Counted from the first letter of the stretch, positions 44,001-59,099 are shown. The stretch: 64,000 nt of DNA from Tubulanus polymorphus (GCF_964204645.1 NC_134025.1:12214001-12278000), one strand, 5' to 3'. Notes: generated by a model from the sequence alone, not told the origin. Translations and numbers: made by a program.

Positions 44001-44429
44001 TATGGCCCAAATCAGCCAAATACTAGTAAGCTGACAATAGAATTTTTTCCAAAACATTGGTCGATGTATACAACGAGTAATTGTATCTTTTGGCAATGAT
44101 CATAACATGTAATATTTTTACATACAAAAGTCAAACCTGTGATCATAAACAGCCTCGTTAAGTATAGTCATTAGGTTACTTCTTTGCGGTTGGGATCTTT
44201 TTCTGTTTCGCTCATCAATACATTCATACCAAATATCACTTCATTTTCTAGATTCAATTTACTTAGAACAGCCTATCGAAGATTTGACATCGACGGGTTG
44301 ACAAATATCGGCGAATTTTACAAAGTTCTTGAAAGGACACACAGTCCGCTATTCTCATATATCACCGTTGAATTAGGACGACCGGCACCAACAACGGATG
44401 CGCACCATCAAACGACGAACTATTATTAG
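41014..44429 (+). CDS. bre-4: GT7 bre-4/B4GALT-like copy 2; exons 41014-41263, 41457-41695, 41778-41965, 42079-42201, 42422-42520, 44252-44429
   Basis: Same six-exon layout, open frame. Motifs YNKGMLMN, FHDVDLLP, PLYKDIFGGV and YWNWGAEDDD. Confidence 0.88.
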
Positions 44430-46368
44430 CTCCTCGCAACTTCAGTGTCTCGGATGTATCATGTTTTGTTTTCTTTCTATTATTGTAAAAACCTTACACA
44501 CAGCAAGAAACAGGAAACGGAAAAAAGAAACAGAAACACTTTCTGTTTGGACTTGTTACTTTGCTCCGAAAACATCATTCGATGTATATGGTTGTATTCA
44601 TGTTGTAGTTTTCATTCATAGTTGTTGTATTATATCAATCCATAGAACTCATGTGATAATCCTTTTTCAGTACTGTGAAGGTTGTTTAACTAGATTCTCT
44701 CCAATAGTTGTAGATATTGATACAATGTGCCTCGATGAGTGTATGTTCAGAATAAATCAGTGTTGTTATAGATCTTTCAACTGGAAGGAAGTCTCGTCGT
44801 TTCTCCCGGACCTGAGAAATTCTCTGGAGTCCTCGATAGTATGGACAAAGCCTGAGTTTTTCATCACGATGAATATAATGACGAACCCTATAAAATACAG
44901 GATTACGGGATACTTTTGTCTACATTTTTCACGTATCAACTAGTGGACGAACACTATAGCAACGCCAATACAACATTCATTCATTCATTGACTATGTTAT
45001 CTCCTCTGTTGGAAAAAAAGCTCAAATAGTTAATTAAGAATAGCTTTGGATGGAAGCTACATTCTAACCAGAATTGCATTCAATATTTCTTATCCTGATA
45101 TACATAACGTTTTCTAGATAAAGGTTTTCATTTCAAAAATAGTTTTGCTTATTATGTTGAATCGATCGACTGGAGTTCATTAGCTTGATAGTTATTGGTG
45201 TCTGGCATCGTTGCTTGCGTTTGTATCCTGTGTTATAAAAAAAAACGAATCAAAATACCCATTACAGAGTGAGTTATGTGTATACATCATGCGCATTGGA
45301 ATCGATCGGTGTCGGTGAAAACACATGCACGATTCGTTAAGTAGCTAATACCCCAGAGTTAATAAAAGGGCGATTTTTTTTTAAATCAGTTGTCATGGGA
45401 CATTTTGCTCACTTGCCAAAGTGCTTGCAAATTTTACAATATTCAGTTCCAGGTTCAGTCTCAGTTTCAGATTCAGATTCAGATTCAGGTTTATTGCTCT
45501 ACAAGAGAAGATACATTTTGTTCATAAAAAAAGACACGAAAAGTTTACAGAGGGGATACACTAAAATATATTCATCTATAGTACGGTCATGTTGAATAAG
45601 ATTTAACGTACGATTCTGGAGTTAGTTTTATCCGAAGGGCTCTACGATCGACGGTGGCAATCGTGGATTCAAATTGTTACAATAGAGGATTCCGGGGTCG
45701 CTATACTATGCTTTCGGACATCGATAGAGAATTTCTCCTCAGATTCCATCGAAATCCATAGTTCCTCAATTTTTTTTCATGAATGATTAAATCTTTTGAA
45801 GTGGGTACGGTTACGTAGACCAATTACAATGGATAGACTAATGGTTGCTGCATTGAAGTGATACGTTGACCCTAGGCTAGTTGATTTATGGAACCCCTGA
45901 ATCGATACTTTGTATATGGTAATGTACAATCGGATCTCCTTTTTGTGTATACTGTTCAGGAAGAAGAATTCGATCAATCCAATATAAAAACTGCGGAATA
46001 GGAAAATGAGAGGGGGAAATGGCGTCATTCTTTTGCTAAATATAATTTAGTTTACTCAATCATTGCTCTCCAACCATTTGTGTTCGTTTCCCCTAATATT
46101 TATCTATTTGGAAATGCTCATACAGGTTTGTTGCGGTTCAAGTACGTAGAATAGAAGTGAATGCATGGAACGCGATAAATGAAAACAACATTTTCAATAG
46201 TCTACAACGACATTCTTGAATGTGACCGCCATTTTCAATTGATATCGCATCCTTCTTTGTTGACAATAGATACGTAATTATTGGGATTAATCAAAGTTGA
46301 CTTATAAGTATCGCAGATGTTACGCCGCATACGTTGTGTTTATTGTTAGTTTTTCTGTCTAGTGCAGA

Positions 46369-46721
46369 AGCGTCATGGGGACATCATTTACGAGAAATGA
46401 AAAATGTTACTTTCAGTTGAGATATATCTCAACATAAAATCATTTACGATTAATAAAGAGCTTCGTCGAGCTATTATCGATTCAGACACTTTCTTCTTAA
46501 ATTCAAAATTCGATTTTTCCGTCGAGATCCACCGCCGTCCTGGGGACATCATTTATGAAAAACAAAATTGATGTTATGTCGAGTTATTATCTCAACATAA
46601 ATTCATTTACGACTAATAAAAGTTTTCCAACTTTTTTATTAATCGTAAATGAATTTATGTTGAGATATATCTCAACTGAAAATGAAATTTCTTAATTCCT
46701 AAATGATGTCCCCAGGACGCT
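46369..46721. mobile_element. MITE with ~90-bp TIRs and an internal third arm copy, at the 5' end of pseudogene copy 3
   Basis: agcgtcatggggacatcattta... / ...taaatgatgtccccaggacgct. Extra arm at ~46535-46620. Confidence 0.75.
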
Positions 46722-46724
46722 CGT

Positions 46725-47876
46725 AGATTCTTGATTCTTTCGATTTTGTATACTTTATATGTATCCGTACGCCCCTATTGGAATGAGCAATTAATCAGTT
46801 TAGAAAGTAGAAACAGTTATGGCAGTTTGCTTACAGCTATGTTGTCTGCAACTTAACCACCTTTCCAGTCATCTAAGGAATTTGTGAGACTCTTTGAAAA
46901 GGAATCGAAAATTCAATGAGTTTAAAGGTAGCTGATTCGGGCCATACTAAAAATTTTTTCTATACTGTCGTGTTTGGCCTGGGGCGTCTTTGCCAAACGG
47001 GGATCCTCGTTGATATCCTTGGTCCGTTCATGAGATATGTGGTTTCCTCAAATCCTCATAGTATCGATCATAACGAAAACTCCGCTCTTAATATATATTT
47101 CAATATCTTTTATTCTTGACGATACGTATATATAAAATGTCGAGGCCTTTCTAAACATGTCTTGCCCATGCAAGATCTCTAGCTCGACTCCCCTGTTGCC
47201 TCTAAAACTCTCCCTAATATCTCGTGGATCTCGTGATGCAACCAACATCTGGTTTCCATCACTGCCCACGCAGATCCTGCATGCTTAAACCCCGCATCCT
47301 ATTGTTCGCATTCCTGTGACCAACAGGAATCCCACTTATAATGTTTGTATCTAATAACTTTATAACAGTACAGCTAAAGCAACGATAAAAAATTGTTTAC
47401 ATTGGCCCGTTTTTTTGTTTCCTCACGCGAGAATTAAAAACTTCTGGTTTTCCCGCGTGAGAAAACAAAACGTTTTGGTTGCTCGTGCGAGAATTCAAAA
47501 AGTTCGGTCGGCCTAATGCTTGCGTTGCCGATCGATCGAGTATCCACATTGTGCCGTACAGAAATCGCGAACTAAATCTATGAACGCTTCTAAACCATAT
47601 GCATCCATTCCTACTCAGGCAACCTATAGATTATAGCATATTTGTCATTGAACAGATGAATTTTGTGCCTTTCAGTGTTACTATACGTAAGTGTTTTCAA
47701 GCATCAATCGATGAATGCTTGATTTTTTTCAGATTGATACTTAAACGTTTAATCGGTGGTATTTTTTTCGGTGGTATTTGTGCAATAAAACCAGAACAAT
47801 TTACTCAGATGAATGGCTTTCCGAATGCGTACTAGGGCGGGGGGGGAGGGGTGAAGATGATGACTCGGCTCTACGG
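46725..47876 (+). pseudogene. GT7 bre-4/B4GALT-like pseudogene (copy 3)
   Basis: Exon-1 remnant 46725-46918 without ATG. Frameshifted exon-2 remnant ~47505-47656 with a mutated donor. Exon 3 deleted. Exon 4 has TAG in place of the first W of WGWG. Confidence 0.85.
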
Positions 47877-50231
47877 TAAATGAATTATCGTTTGTGTGAT
47901 TCCATGAACAGAATCCCTATACACGTAGTCAATTTTAAAGCACTGGTTTCTGGCTACCGCCACCTGACACGCTTCATGCATCATTGCATCGGGAAACGTT
48001 TCAAACGCAGCAGATGGGCTGTGTTGACCTATATTACGAAAATCTAATGGTGAATGTATAGGTCCAGTTACATACAGGGAGAAGTTATGTTTTTTTTAAT
48101 CTTAAAATATATATGGATTTTCCCTGTTATTTATTTGGCTGGTAAATTTCGTTTGATTTTTTGATTGAGTGTCCCTTACAGACCCACCACACCTGCCGGG
48201 AGCGAAACAGGGGGTTTCATTTTGAAATCGGAAATCGAAGTAAAAATATAGTTGTGTGATCGGAGGTCGAGTTAACAGAATTTTTTTTTAAAATCGAAGT
48301 ACATAATTGGAAATTCGGTTCCGGTTCATTCAAACAATCTTCCATTCAGTCTGAACCGACAAGCTACTGATTTGGGTGAATCCCTTACTGAACGTAGTAA
48401 ATAGAACCACAATCGACACTATGTGAACTGTCACTAATAAATGAAAACAAAAAAAAAACTTCTTCCAAAAATCGGTGTTTATTTCTGAATGCAAATTCCT
48501 CACTTAACAAATTGATGCATAAAAGTAGACCAACTTACCGGTAGTATTAACGAAATTATGGATCAAAACGCGCAAGGAGAGCATGTGCGACAGACTAGTT
48601 CATGCAACTGCCACCAGGAGACTTTGAAAGAACCATATCTTCAGTTAAGCCCTTTTGGTACATCGATACTTTTTACATGGTAGCCCTTGTATGTAGCTGG
48701 ATCCATATATCCTGCATATTGTTGACCCAGGTTGCGCTTCTTGGAAATAAGTCATATGTTATGAACTGTAGAATTATTTCGATGACGCTTCCCAGTGCGA
48801 TATATGAACCAGTTAGGCAGAAATCCGTTATCGCTGCTATGTAGCTATATTTATTATTATTATTATAAATTTTCCACTTTCAAGCCAAAAATGTTTCATA
48901 AAATGTAACTCCTCTCAGATTCGACGACTAACAGCTAATAAACGTAATTTTCAATTATGAAAGAACTATAACCCAGCGCCTGACCATTTCGAATTTGCGT
49001 ATTGTAATTCATCATGAATTAATTCCGCATAATTATTGGGTCTAAACAGCGAATAAGAAGGTCGCAAGCATCATCATCCATTGATAAATGTACATCCCCA
49101 AAAGCCTACACATTACCGGACGACCTTGAGCTTCAAACTCAACCGTAAATCACGGATTCGGACTAACATCAGTCTGGATCCGTCATTTCCCGCGAACAAT
49201 AACTACATCGGTGCGCAACGAAACAACATGGCGGATGGTTGAAATTTGAAAACGATTTCAATTGGTCTCCTAAGATTTCTATTATACTTTCTTTCGCTCA
49301 TCTTTGATAGTATATAACTGAGTAATTATTATAACATTTGATTGCTTAATTACAGTTGGGAAGAGGTTAGCTGGCATGAAAATCGACTGTGGCTGACTAA
49401 TTGACGCGCACAGATAAAGCGATGAGGTTTCAAAAGATGTCGCCAAAATGCTTGTATCATCAGGGGTAGACTATATCCAAAGATAAATGAAAACTCCACC
49501 TTGTTGATCGTCAGTTGATTTTGCTGTAATTATTTCGTCTGGATAAATCGACACATACTTCATTTCAAAATCTGTGTTCAGTAGAATTTCTTTCATTAAA
49601 ATGAGAATCTATTAGACTAATTTTTGACTAATGTATTCAGGAGTGAATTTGAATTGATCTCAAAACCAGAGAAAGCATTCTTGAAAGCTTTAGAAAGTCC
49701 TAGACTCATAATCAAATTCTGTGAAGGTCTTTTGCGCGAATCAAGCCAAGGGCTCAGGTGGCTAAAATTCAATTCCTCACTGTCCTATAATGCCGAGTAC
49801 GACGGAGCAATATGATGACGGCCCTGCCCCGCGCGCTCCATCTGAGACAAAAATAAGTTGGACTGTATTGCTTCGATGCTTTACCAAATGGACTCCTAAT
49901 ATCCACATATCCAGCATAATGTTGAACCAGGTTGCGCTTCTTGTCAATAGTCATATGTTATGGGCTAGAATGATTTCGATGAAATCTTCGTACGCTTCCC
50001 AGTTCGACATATGAACCAATTAGGCAGAAACCCGTTATCGCTGCTATGCAGCTATATTTTAGATTTATAATTACATATTCATTGGGATTACTCAAAGTTG
50101 ACTTATAACATGGACGTATAAACTAGTGAATACGTCCATGCTTCTAGGTATTGCAGGTGTTACGCCGCATGCGTCGTGTTTATTGTTAGTTCTTCTGATG
50201 AGCGATTCAAATATACTATATTTGAATAGTC

Positions 50232-53200
50232 ATGATGAAAATATGTTTACGGGCAATTAGTGGACTCATGATTTTTCCGATTTTATATACTTTATACGTT
50301 TTCGTGCGCATCTATTGGAATGAGCAAACAATCAGCTTAGAAAGAAGTTTGCTTACAGCTATGTTGTCTACGGCTAAACCATCTTTTCAGTCATCTAAGA
50401 AATATGTAAGACCCTTTGAAAAGGAATCGAAAATTCGATGCGATCTTGGCACGCCACGACCAGGTACGTTTTTGCTTGATTTCATTAATAGCTATAGTTA
50501 TGAATTCATTGCAATCAGTAGACTCCTTGCTTGGTACTGGTCAACTCAGAGCCTTATTTGATACCGGTCAACTCTGAGAAAGCTCGGGGTACGGTTTAAG
50601 ATACTTTCAAGTTAACGGCCATTTGTGGACTCGAGCCAATGCTGCCTAGGCCTATTAGGGTAGACTCAACTGACATCGTAACCGATTGCCTCGGATTATT
50701 GCAGCCCTAAAAAAATTTCAAAATGACTCCATTACAATTCATTTGCAAATGAGATCCATTATTGACTCGGAGAAACTTGCATCTAGCACTGCCAATTTCA
50801 CTGACAGAGATCTTCTTTCATTTATTCATTTAAGATAGTGGACCCATACAGTGGTCGCTTGAATGCCCTAGTATTCGAGAACTCGAAAAGCGTTTTTCAA
50901 ACCTACTGCAACCCGACGGTCACGGTCGGCCTAGTAATTGTGTTGCCGATCACCGAGTAGCCATCATTGTGCCGTACAGAAATCGCGAATTAAATCTGAG
51001 AACGTTTCTGAACCACATGCATCCATTCCTACTCAGGCAACCTATAGATTATAGAATATTTGTCATTGAACAGGTGAATTTTTGTGACTTTTAGTGTGCG
51101 GTTGATGAATGTTTACAAGTATCAATCGATAAATGCTTGATTTAAACGACATTTTTCAGATTGATAATTTAACCTTTAACCGAGGAATGTTAATGAACAT
51201 AGGATTCATTGAGGCAAGACGAGTGTATAACTTTACTTGCTTCGTATTTCATGATGTCGACTTGCTTCCTATGGATCACCGGAATCTGTACACGTGTTCG
51301 GACAACCCGAGGCATTTATCGGTGGAAGTAGATTTTATAAAATCAATGTATGTTAATTGAGTGGTCAACGTATTGATAGATGAGAACATTTTAGTAAGCC
51401 ATTCTTCGTTGCAGACTTCCGCCTGACGATGTATTCGGTGGGGCTTGTGCAATAAAACTGGAACAATTCATCAGGATCAACGGATCTCCGAATACATACT
51501 GGGGCTGGGGAGGTGAGGATGATGACTTGGCTCTACGGTAAATAAATCGCCATCTTTCTAATTACATGTTCTTTCAAAAATGCCAGTACATTGTTGAACT
51601 TCGAACCCGATAGGGATAATATTCATTGACTGGTTCTATAGTCAGTAACTTCTGCTCTACTGAGCAACGAAATGTTTCTAGCTAATCAAACGCTTAGTTT
51701 AATTCACATAAATTCTCATAGCCTTTGCAAAAACTTAGATTTATTCAATTCAATTTAGAAGTAATTTAAGAAGAAACACAATACCCGTGTAACATAAGAG
51801 AGAAAATCCACAAAACAGCAGGATATTTGATAAAATAAATCAATCAAAGGAACTGAGTCTAATGGTCATACATCTGATATCACTTAAGTGGCTGAAACGT
51901 GGACTAAGATGACAACAATAATGCCCACTAAATCATTGATTAACATATGAAGAGAAATATACATGAATTTGTGATGAGAAATTCGTGTTTTCCTTCGATA
52001 TTTTCATCTAGTTCGAGTTTGTAAAGTTGTTGAAAAAATCAATCCTTGATCGTGAAATGCTGGCCTGAAAATTTGTGTCTTTCTTAAGTTCTGCATCCGT
52101 TTTTTATCATCTCTCCGATATTTTCGTCCAGTTTTAGTTGTAGAGTAATCGAAATAAATATCATTTCCTAGATCTAAGAGCGCTGGCCTGAAAATTCTTC
52201 GTTATCCATCGTACATTGGCAAGTATACGATGTTACCCCACACAAAGTCTCGAAGGAATCCTAAAAGGTAAAAGAACTTTAAAAAGAATAGAATAGATGT
52301 TAACTAAAAGTGGAAATAGAGCATAAGTGTGGTGCCCCCGAGTCACTCTGGATATATTTGTATCATTATCAAAAATATATTTGGAAATGATTTTATTGAT
52401 GTATCATAATCGAAGCCATTCATTTGAAGGACCGAAAGAAACAATACAGTGAGTGAATTATCTTCTGCCATCCTTGATCAAACGAAGTGGGTATAATGCT
52501 CTGATCGGCCGGAGAGGGAAGCTCACATGTTTTGCGCTTTTCGGTAAAAGATGCCGATTCAGGTGCAAAAACCGTTATACAATTATAAGATAACGCGTAT
52601 CTTAGAACATTCGAGTATAAAATGCAGAACACTAGCTCAATCTCAACAAATTCATCAAAACCAGTCTGAAATTACATAGGTCTCATGCAGTACTCGTGAT
52701 CGATTACTTCATTAATATCAACAAAAGATCATAAATTTTTACTAAAGAGGTGATAAGATTACTTGAATCAGAGTTGGCACTCCGCAGATGATACATCACC
52801 CTATATATCAATTCATTTCCTAATTAATTTTCATAAAGCCAATACGTAGCTGCTCAGAAACGAAAATAACTAAAACGTGACCATACTCATTATCCTTCTG
52901 CAACTAGATTCAAAATGTCAAAGGTTTCGATTTGATGAAAATTCATAAATATTCTTAATTGGTAAACTCTAAGTCAATGCTACGCACTGGTAAGCCTGAT
53001 CCGTTTTCATCATAACAAGCTTTATGGTGGCTGATTCAGGCGATAACGCAAAATCATTGACAAGGGCGTTAGATAAAATGATATTGCCCAAACATTTTCG
53101 TGGCATCGGTTTTGGTAATTCTTCAAGTTCAAGTAATACACTCAACAACAAGGTGCCCATGGGCACTGTTAGATTCAGCGCAGAGGTTAGTGGATTGAAG

Positions 53201-54845
53201 GAGTTAATCATATCCACCATACCGGGCAACCGTATACTAGACCATACATTGGTTTAGTAAGGTACTCTATCAGCTTATACTTAACTTAAGAGGAAATGCA
53301 TGTTATAAAAGTATAAGGTAATTAGATTTTAAATGACGAAAAGTTGTTTACACAAGGAAGAGAAAGTAAATACGTAGCACATTTTAATTAAGTAAGCCTA
53401 ATAGATTTTGAAATGAAATACATATATATAATCGTTATAAATTATAAGCCTCTAATAGATTACAAGGTTTCGTTGAATCAAAAGCATCTCAGATGTCATA
53501 TTTATATTTTTGTTGCTGAAGCTGAGATCAAATCTAGCTGTATCGGGAGATGCAATGAAAGTATTCTAAGTTCAATACAAACTCTTTCAGAAAAGATTTT
53601 CAGGATTCAAAGCCAAGACCTAAGGCTAAAAAATTGATGCCTTGTCTCTCCACGCATTGCTGAGCTTAAAAGTTGATACAGCCGGCCACCTATCTTTACC
53701 CTTTACATCACTTTTTAAAAAACCATGATCAATTATATTTTTACTATAACAGAACCATTTTTAGCTCCGCTGTGACCGAAGGTCAGCGGAGCTAATGGGT
53801 TGGGGGTGAGCCGTCGTCGTCCGTTCGTTCGTTCGTGCGTCTGTCAACTTTTTTTCTTCAAATCGCTACTAGTCCTACAGTTTTAATCGGATCAATTCCA
53901 AATTTGGTATGAATGTTCTATGGACCACGGACTATGAAGTTACACAGCCATATTTTGGATTTGTCCCCAGGAGCACCCCCTGGGGGTGGAGTTTATATTT
54001 CTTCAAATCGCTACTAATCCTACAGTTTTAATCAGATCAATTCCAAATTTGGTATGAATGTTTTATGGACCTAGGCCTATAAAGTTACAGAGCCATTTTT
54101 TGGATTCGTCCCCCAGGGGGCGCCCCTGGGGTTGGAGTTCCTATTTCTTCAAATCGCTACTAGTCCTACAGTTTAATCACATCAATTCCAAATTTGGTAT
54201 CAATGTTCTACGGACCAAGGCCTATAATGTTACAGAGCCATTTTTGGATTCTTCCCCCAGGGGCGCCCCTTGGGGTGGAGTTACTGTTTCTTTAAAGCGC
54301 TACTTGTCCTACAGTTTTAATCAGATCAATTCCAAATTTGGTGTGAATGTTCTATGGACCACGGACTATGAAGTTACAGAGCCTTTTTTATTCGTCTACC
54401 AAGGGGCGCCTCTGGGGGGTGGAGTTTCTATTTCTTCAAATTGCTATTAGTCCTACAGTTTTAATCAGATCAAGTCAAAATTTGGTATGAATGTTCTATG
54501 GACCAATACCTACAAAGTACAGAGCCCTTTTTGGATTTGGCCAAAAGGGGGAACCCCTAGGTATGCAGCTTCCATTTCTTCAAATCACACAGCGGAGCTA
54601 TATTAGCAGATAGGCTCCTTGTTTTCTGTTTCGCTTATCAATACATCACTTTATTTTCTAGGTTCAAGTTATTTAAAACGGCCAAGTCGAGATTCGCCAA
54701 GGACGGGCTGACGAATATTGGTGAATTGTACACAGTGCTTGCAAGGGAAAATAATCTGCTGTACTCATTTATCAAGGTTAAATTGCAACGTCCGAAAAAC
54801 TTATCCAGATACACCGCTCCCCGGCAACTACTTCACGCGCGTTGA
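50232..54845 (+). CDS. bre-4: GT7 bre-4/B4GALT-like copy 4; exons 50232-50463, 50835-51073, 51160-51347, 51415-51537, 52172-52267, 54662-54845
   Basis: The frame is open if the acceptor at 50833-50834 is used. Motifs FNRGMLMN, FHDVDLLP, LPPDDVFGGA and YWGWGGEDDD. Confidence 0.85.
53758..54625 (+). mobile_element. Complete HINE-like element, family 2, with five ~145-bp internal repeats (intron 5 of copy 4)
   Basis: 5' T-run and hairpin agctccgctg..cagcggagct, (GTTC/GTCC) microsatellite, tandem units, 3' subTIR cagcggagcta and T-run. The paralogous intron in copy 2 lacks it. Confidence 0.8.
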
Positions 54846-55012
54846 TTATGAGCTCCCAGTCCCGCAACTTCAGTGTCTCGTCGTAGGATGTGTTCCATGC
54901 TTTTTATTTGCGTTAATGTAAACGCCGACATCAAATGTTCTATGACGATGTTGATTGGGAGGACCACAGACATAAGAATTGAATGAATTTCATTTTTCTG
55001 CCGAACGATTTA

Positions 55013-55684
55013 GGGGCCGTGCATAAAGTACGTACGTCCGTAGGGGGTGGGGGGGGTGGCGGGTTCTAAAATCCGTACAAAAGCGTACAGGGGGAGGGGA
55101 GGGGAGGGGTCAGCTAAAAACGTACATACTTTCCAAGGGGGGAAGGTTAATATTAATAGTACGTACTTTGTGCACGAAACATAATGTGAATTTCACAAAT
55201 ATCCCCGTTTGCCGACGATCCTGTTCATAATTATATTCAATAGGTAGTAGAATAAAACAAACAATAGTTTATTTTTATTGTGATCAATATTTTAATATAA
55301 ACATCTATGTCTGTGGGTAAACCTGTCTTCCTTTAATGTACAGCAAACACTGCCTTAATTGCGAAACCGGTCTCCCTGGGTTTGTTGCATTCAATATATT
55401 ATATTTGGATCTCGGGAATTCCCCACTTTCAGTCTTTCATTTCGTCGCCGTGGAAGATCGTTGATCAACGTCAGCAGGAACTCCGTTGAATCAGGGTGAA
55501 TTTTGCCTTCTTTAAACCATTATTCCTGAAGATTCTGTTTTACTGGGGGGGGGGGGGGTTACCCCTAAAAGTATGTACGCAAGGGGGGGGGGGGGGTTAT
55601 AAAAAAACGTACAATGAGCGTACAAGGGGGGAGGGGGGTTAAAAATACCCGGAAGTCAAGCGTACGTACTTTATGAACGGCCCC
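55013..55684. mobile_element. PIF/Harbinger-type MITE with G-tract subterminal repeats
   Basis: TIR ggggccgtgcataaagtacgtacg / cgtacgtactttatgaacggcccc. TSD TTA. Confidence 0.85.
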
Positions 55685-58600
55685 TTAGCCTACGCTAATT
55701 TGTATTGTTAAACCTCATTAATGCGATTTTATTCAAGACGAAACTAGTTTATTCAGGTGTTTTACATCATGTCCCAGCCAACAATCAAGATTTGTATACA
55801 AAAATCCATTTAATACAACAATTTCGGCACTTTCGCCGACACAAGATTCGTATTTAACGTAAAGGGTAATCCCGACTGACTGTGGTTTTCCTTGCATGGC
55901 CGAATAATGAAAACAAAAACAGAACGATTTTTCTGAATGCAAAATACTCTGATATGATCAACCGGACAAACGTACGCATCAAAACGTCGCACAGAGAGCG
56001 ATGCCGGCGTTGCGTTGCTGATGATTGCTTGTTTGTCTTTTTGTTTGTTTACGTCGTTCGGACCTTGGCTTTTAACCCTATTGGATTGTTCATTTAATCT
56101 CACGACGGGATGGCGTTGCCGCACACTGTAAGCAGTCAGCCACTTGTCACTCAGCACTGATAGTTGTCAAAAAGTGTTATAAAGGATAACAATTTCTATT
56201 TTGATAACCAGGATTCGCTAATCTAAAATTATTTTCAAAAATGATTTGCTCAACGAACTTTTTCCTTCCAACCCTCCTGTCATGACGAGGAATGATTTAC
56301 TCTCTCCTTGCTTATCATCGTTTAGAGAACTGCTATTCTTTGCGAATTACCAACAGACGTATACAACAAGAGAAACTTTAGAGAGCTAGTAATAACATTT
56401 AACACAAATTAATTTTCCTAAAAATTTAGCGATTATTTACATCTTGTTCTTAAATAACATCCAGATTACTCAAATTAGATATATTTTCAAAACTTTGTTT
56501 TCATCACAAATTACGGTACAAACTCATTGTTTCTTTTCGACTTTTCATTATTACTTTTGATTCGGAAATACATTGTGATTAATTATCAACCCTAAAAATA
56601 TTCTATAACTGTTATACTAATTCTATTACAGTACGGGATAAAGCAAAACAACAATGTCTCCCCATATTTCCGTTTCTATTTTTATAGAAAGTAGTCAGAA
56701 GTATCATGAAGTAAGAGCGTGATCCTTTCACATTATCAATACACTCCATTGTTCCGAACCAACCAAACACGGTTCCGTCTATTCTTAGGTTTATAAAAAG
56801 ATTTCTGAATGCTTGCCAGATATCGCAGCAGAAGAACTGAGGAAGAATTATTTTTCACCAGCCTGATTTATGGTCAGCGCTGATAGATTAAAGCATCAAA
56901 CAACAACTTGCTTACTACATTGTTTGTTGTCTGACAACCATTAACCACCTACAGGAAATTAATCAACACATACAGGAAATTAATCAACATTACAAACATT
57001 TCTAGCTACTACGAAATCTTGCTGCGGATCAATTGTTACGTGTAGTTTGTAGATTACTATTTTTGCGACAGCGCCACGGCGCTGGAGCATATTAAGATGA
57101 TCAAACCACCTGCTGTCTTCCAAAATACCACCACCTAGTAGGCTCAATTCAAGTTCAAATATACTTTATTAGTACTTATTCAAATATACTTAATGATTAC
57201 TTTATTCAATACTTTATTGTTCCCAGTACTGCAAATACATCGGATTTCCGCAATTAAGTAGACAGAACACAAATAAAATTAAGAATCTTTTAATATTCAG
57301 AAAACAACGTATACATGCATCTTGTTTTTCCACTTTAATTAGCAATGAGATAATTTTTTGCGACACTCACGGATGATGCGCAATTCCCTTTCGGGAATGG
57401 CTGATCGGCTCTTCCCTGAAAAATTAATCGCTGAATCGACGTCCCGCTAATGATGAATACTATTTTTATTTATACTCTATTGTACTGAACCTATGTGATT
57501 GTTGTATTCATACGGATCAATACAGCGACTTTGACTTCGACTTCTGACAGCATCACGCCTTTATCTCACTGAGCTACCGAGGCCGGGGACGTAGCCACGG
57601 CTTCTACAGGTCCGACCTCGTCGGACCAATATTTGAAAATATCGTTATCGTAGAAAACCCCAAAACGATCTTTTTCAATAAGGGGGCGGGGTGGGGTCGG
57701 GGGTATGGTACAAGCTGTCAAGATTATATATTCGTTTATTATCTCTTGACTAGATGTATACAATCTCTTCCCTGGAGCTTCCTCTAAACTTTTAGAAACC
57801 TCTAAGCTTTCTTCAACCTAAGCTTTCTTCCACCTATAAACAATTATAAACGCTCCCTTTTATATTATTTTCTCTTAAGTTACGTGTGCAGGCCCTCCTC
57901 CACACGTGGCTTGAAATTCATGGATTGTGTACGTCACAACATTCCTCTAATCCATGTATGCGTGATGACGTATCTGCACACGTCACAATTACCATTTTAC
58001 TAGCATTGGCATGACGTCATAGACGTCAACCAATGCTAAAAATGGCAGTAAAAGGTAGATGGATGATTAATTTTTTCAGATTGATGTTACTACGCATTCA
58101 TTATTCAGGTCGTGCATTAATGAATTTTTTAGGGTCCCCAAATTTTTTTCTAAATAAAAAGTAACTCTACACATTGCACTGTGATGCCATATCAGACTTA
58201 GGTCTTATGTACTAATCGGCTCGTTCCGCTCGAGTTCCGTTGCTTGATGGTCACCAGTTTCTAGCACCATTGCTTGTATTTCGGTGCTAAAAAAAAACGA
58301 ATTGAAAATTTACCTCGCAGAAACGCGCCCAAAAATGAATCTTTGTTTCTGCGCCCATTTTGGCGCAGTGATTCTTCTCTCGATTCTGCGCCCCGCAGAA
58401 ACAAACTTCGTTTCTCCGTCCGAAATTTACCGCGCAGAAATGCACCGAAATGAACCTAAATTTTGCGCTCGTTTCTGCGCCCGGGAATCTTTATTAGACG
58501 GCAGCGCCAGCCATCTTACATACTGATTACTGCCTAAAAACGTCGTAGGCCTACGAACTGATTGGATACCGGATGGTGCAACAAAACACTTGGTTACTCG

Positions 58601-59099
58601 GAGTGAAAATCATTTCCTTTTCAATGAAATTCGAACTTGATTTCTAGACTGCCAAATACGAAAACTATCAAAATAGTCATCGAATAGATAACTTTTTCAC
58701 TAAGTGCATGGTACCGATTTTGCTAAAAATTTATTAACTTCTGAGCAAAGTTCATTCGAATCTAATCGAAATGTATAAGAAAATTGAATCGCGGTAATCA
58801 ATTTATTGCCAAAAACATAAAGCAATAATATTCGATTTCACGGATAGATGCGCCCTACTTGGTTAAGTAAAGGAGAGTAAGGTTTCTTTAGTAGACCACG
58901 TTTAGAATGATTTGTTGAACCTAAGAAATGACCTTATAACGTCTCGTGCCCTTGGCCGGGACTGCACCACGTGGTAAAAATTGAAATATTGCTGCGCAGA
59001 AACGGGCACAGAACGAAGGTTCGTTACTGCGCTCGTTTTGGCGCGGTTTTTTTTTTCTTATTGGCCCGAATCAGCCACCATACGTGTGACATCGCCGTG

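Noticed and set aside
51995-52075. Alternative exon 5 in glycosyltransferase copy 4
   Set aside because: A short degenerate duplicate of the acceptor region that lacks the AG and the rest of the exon.
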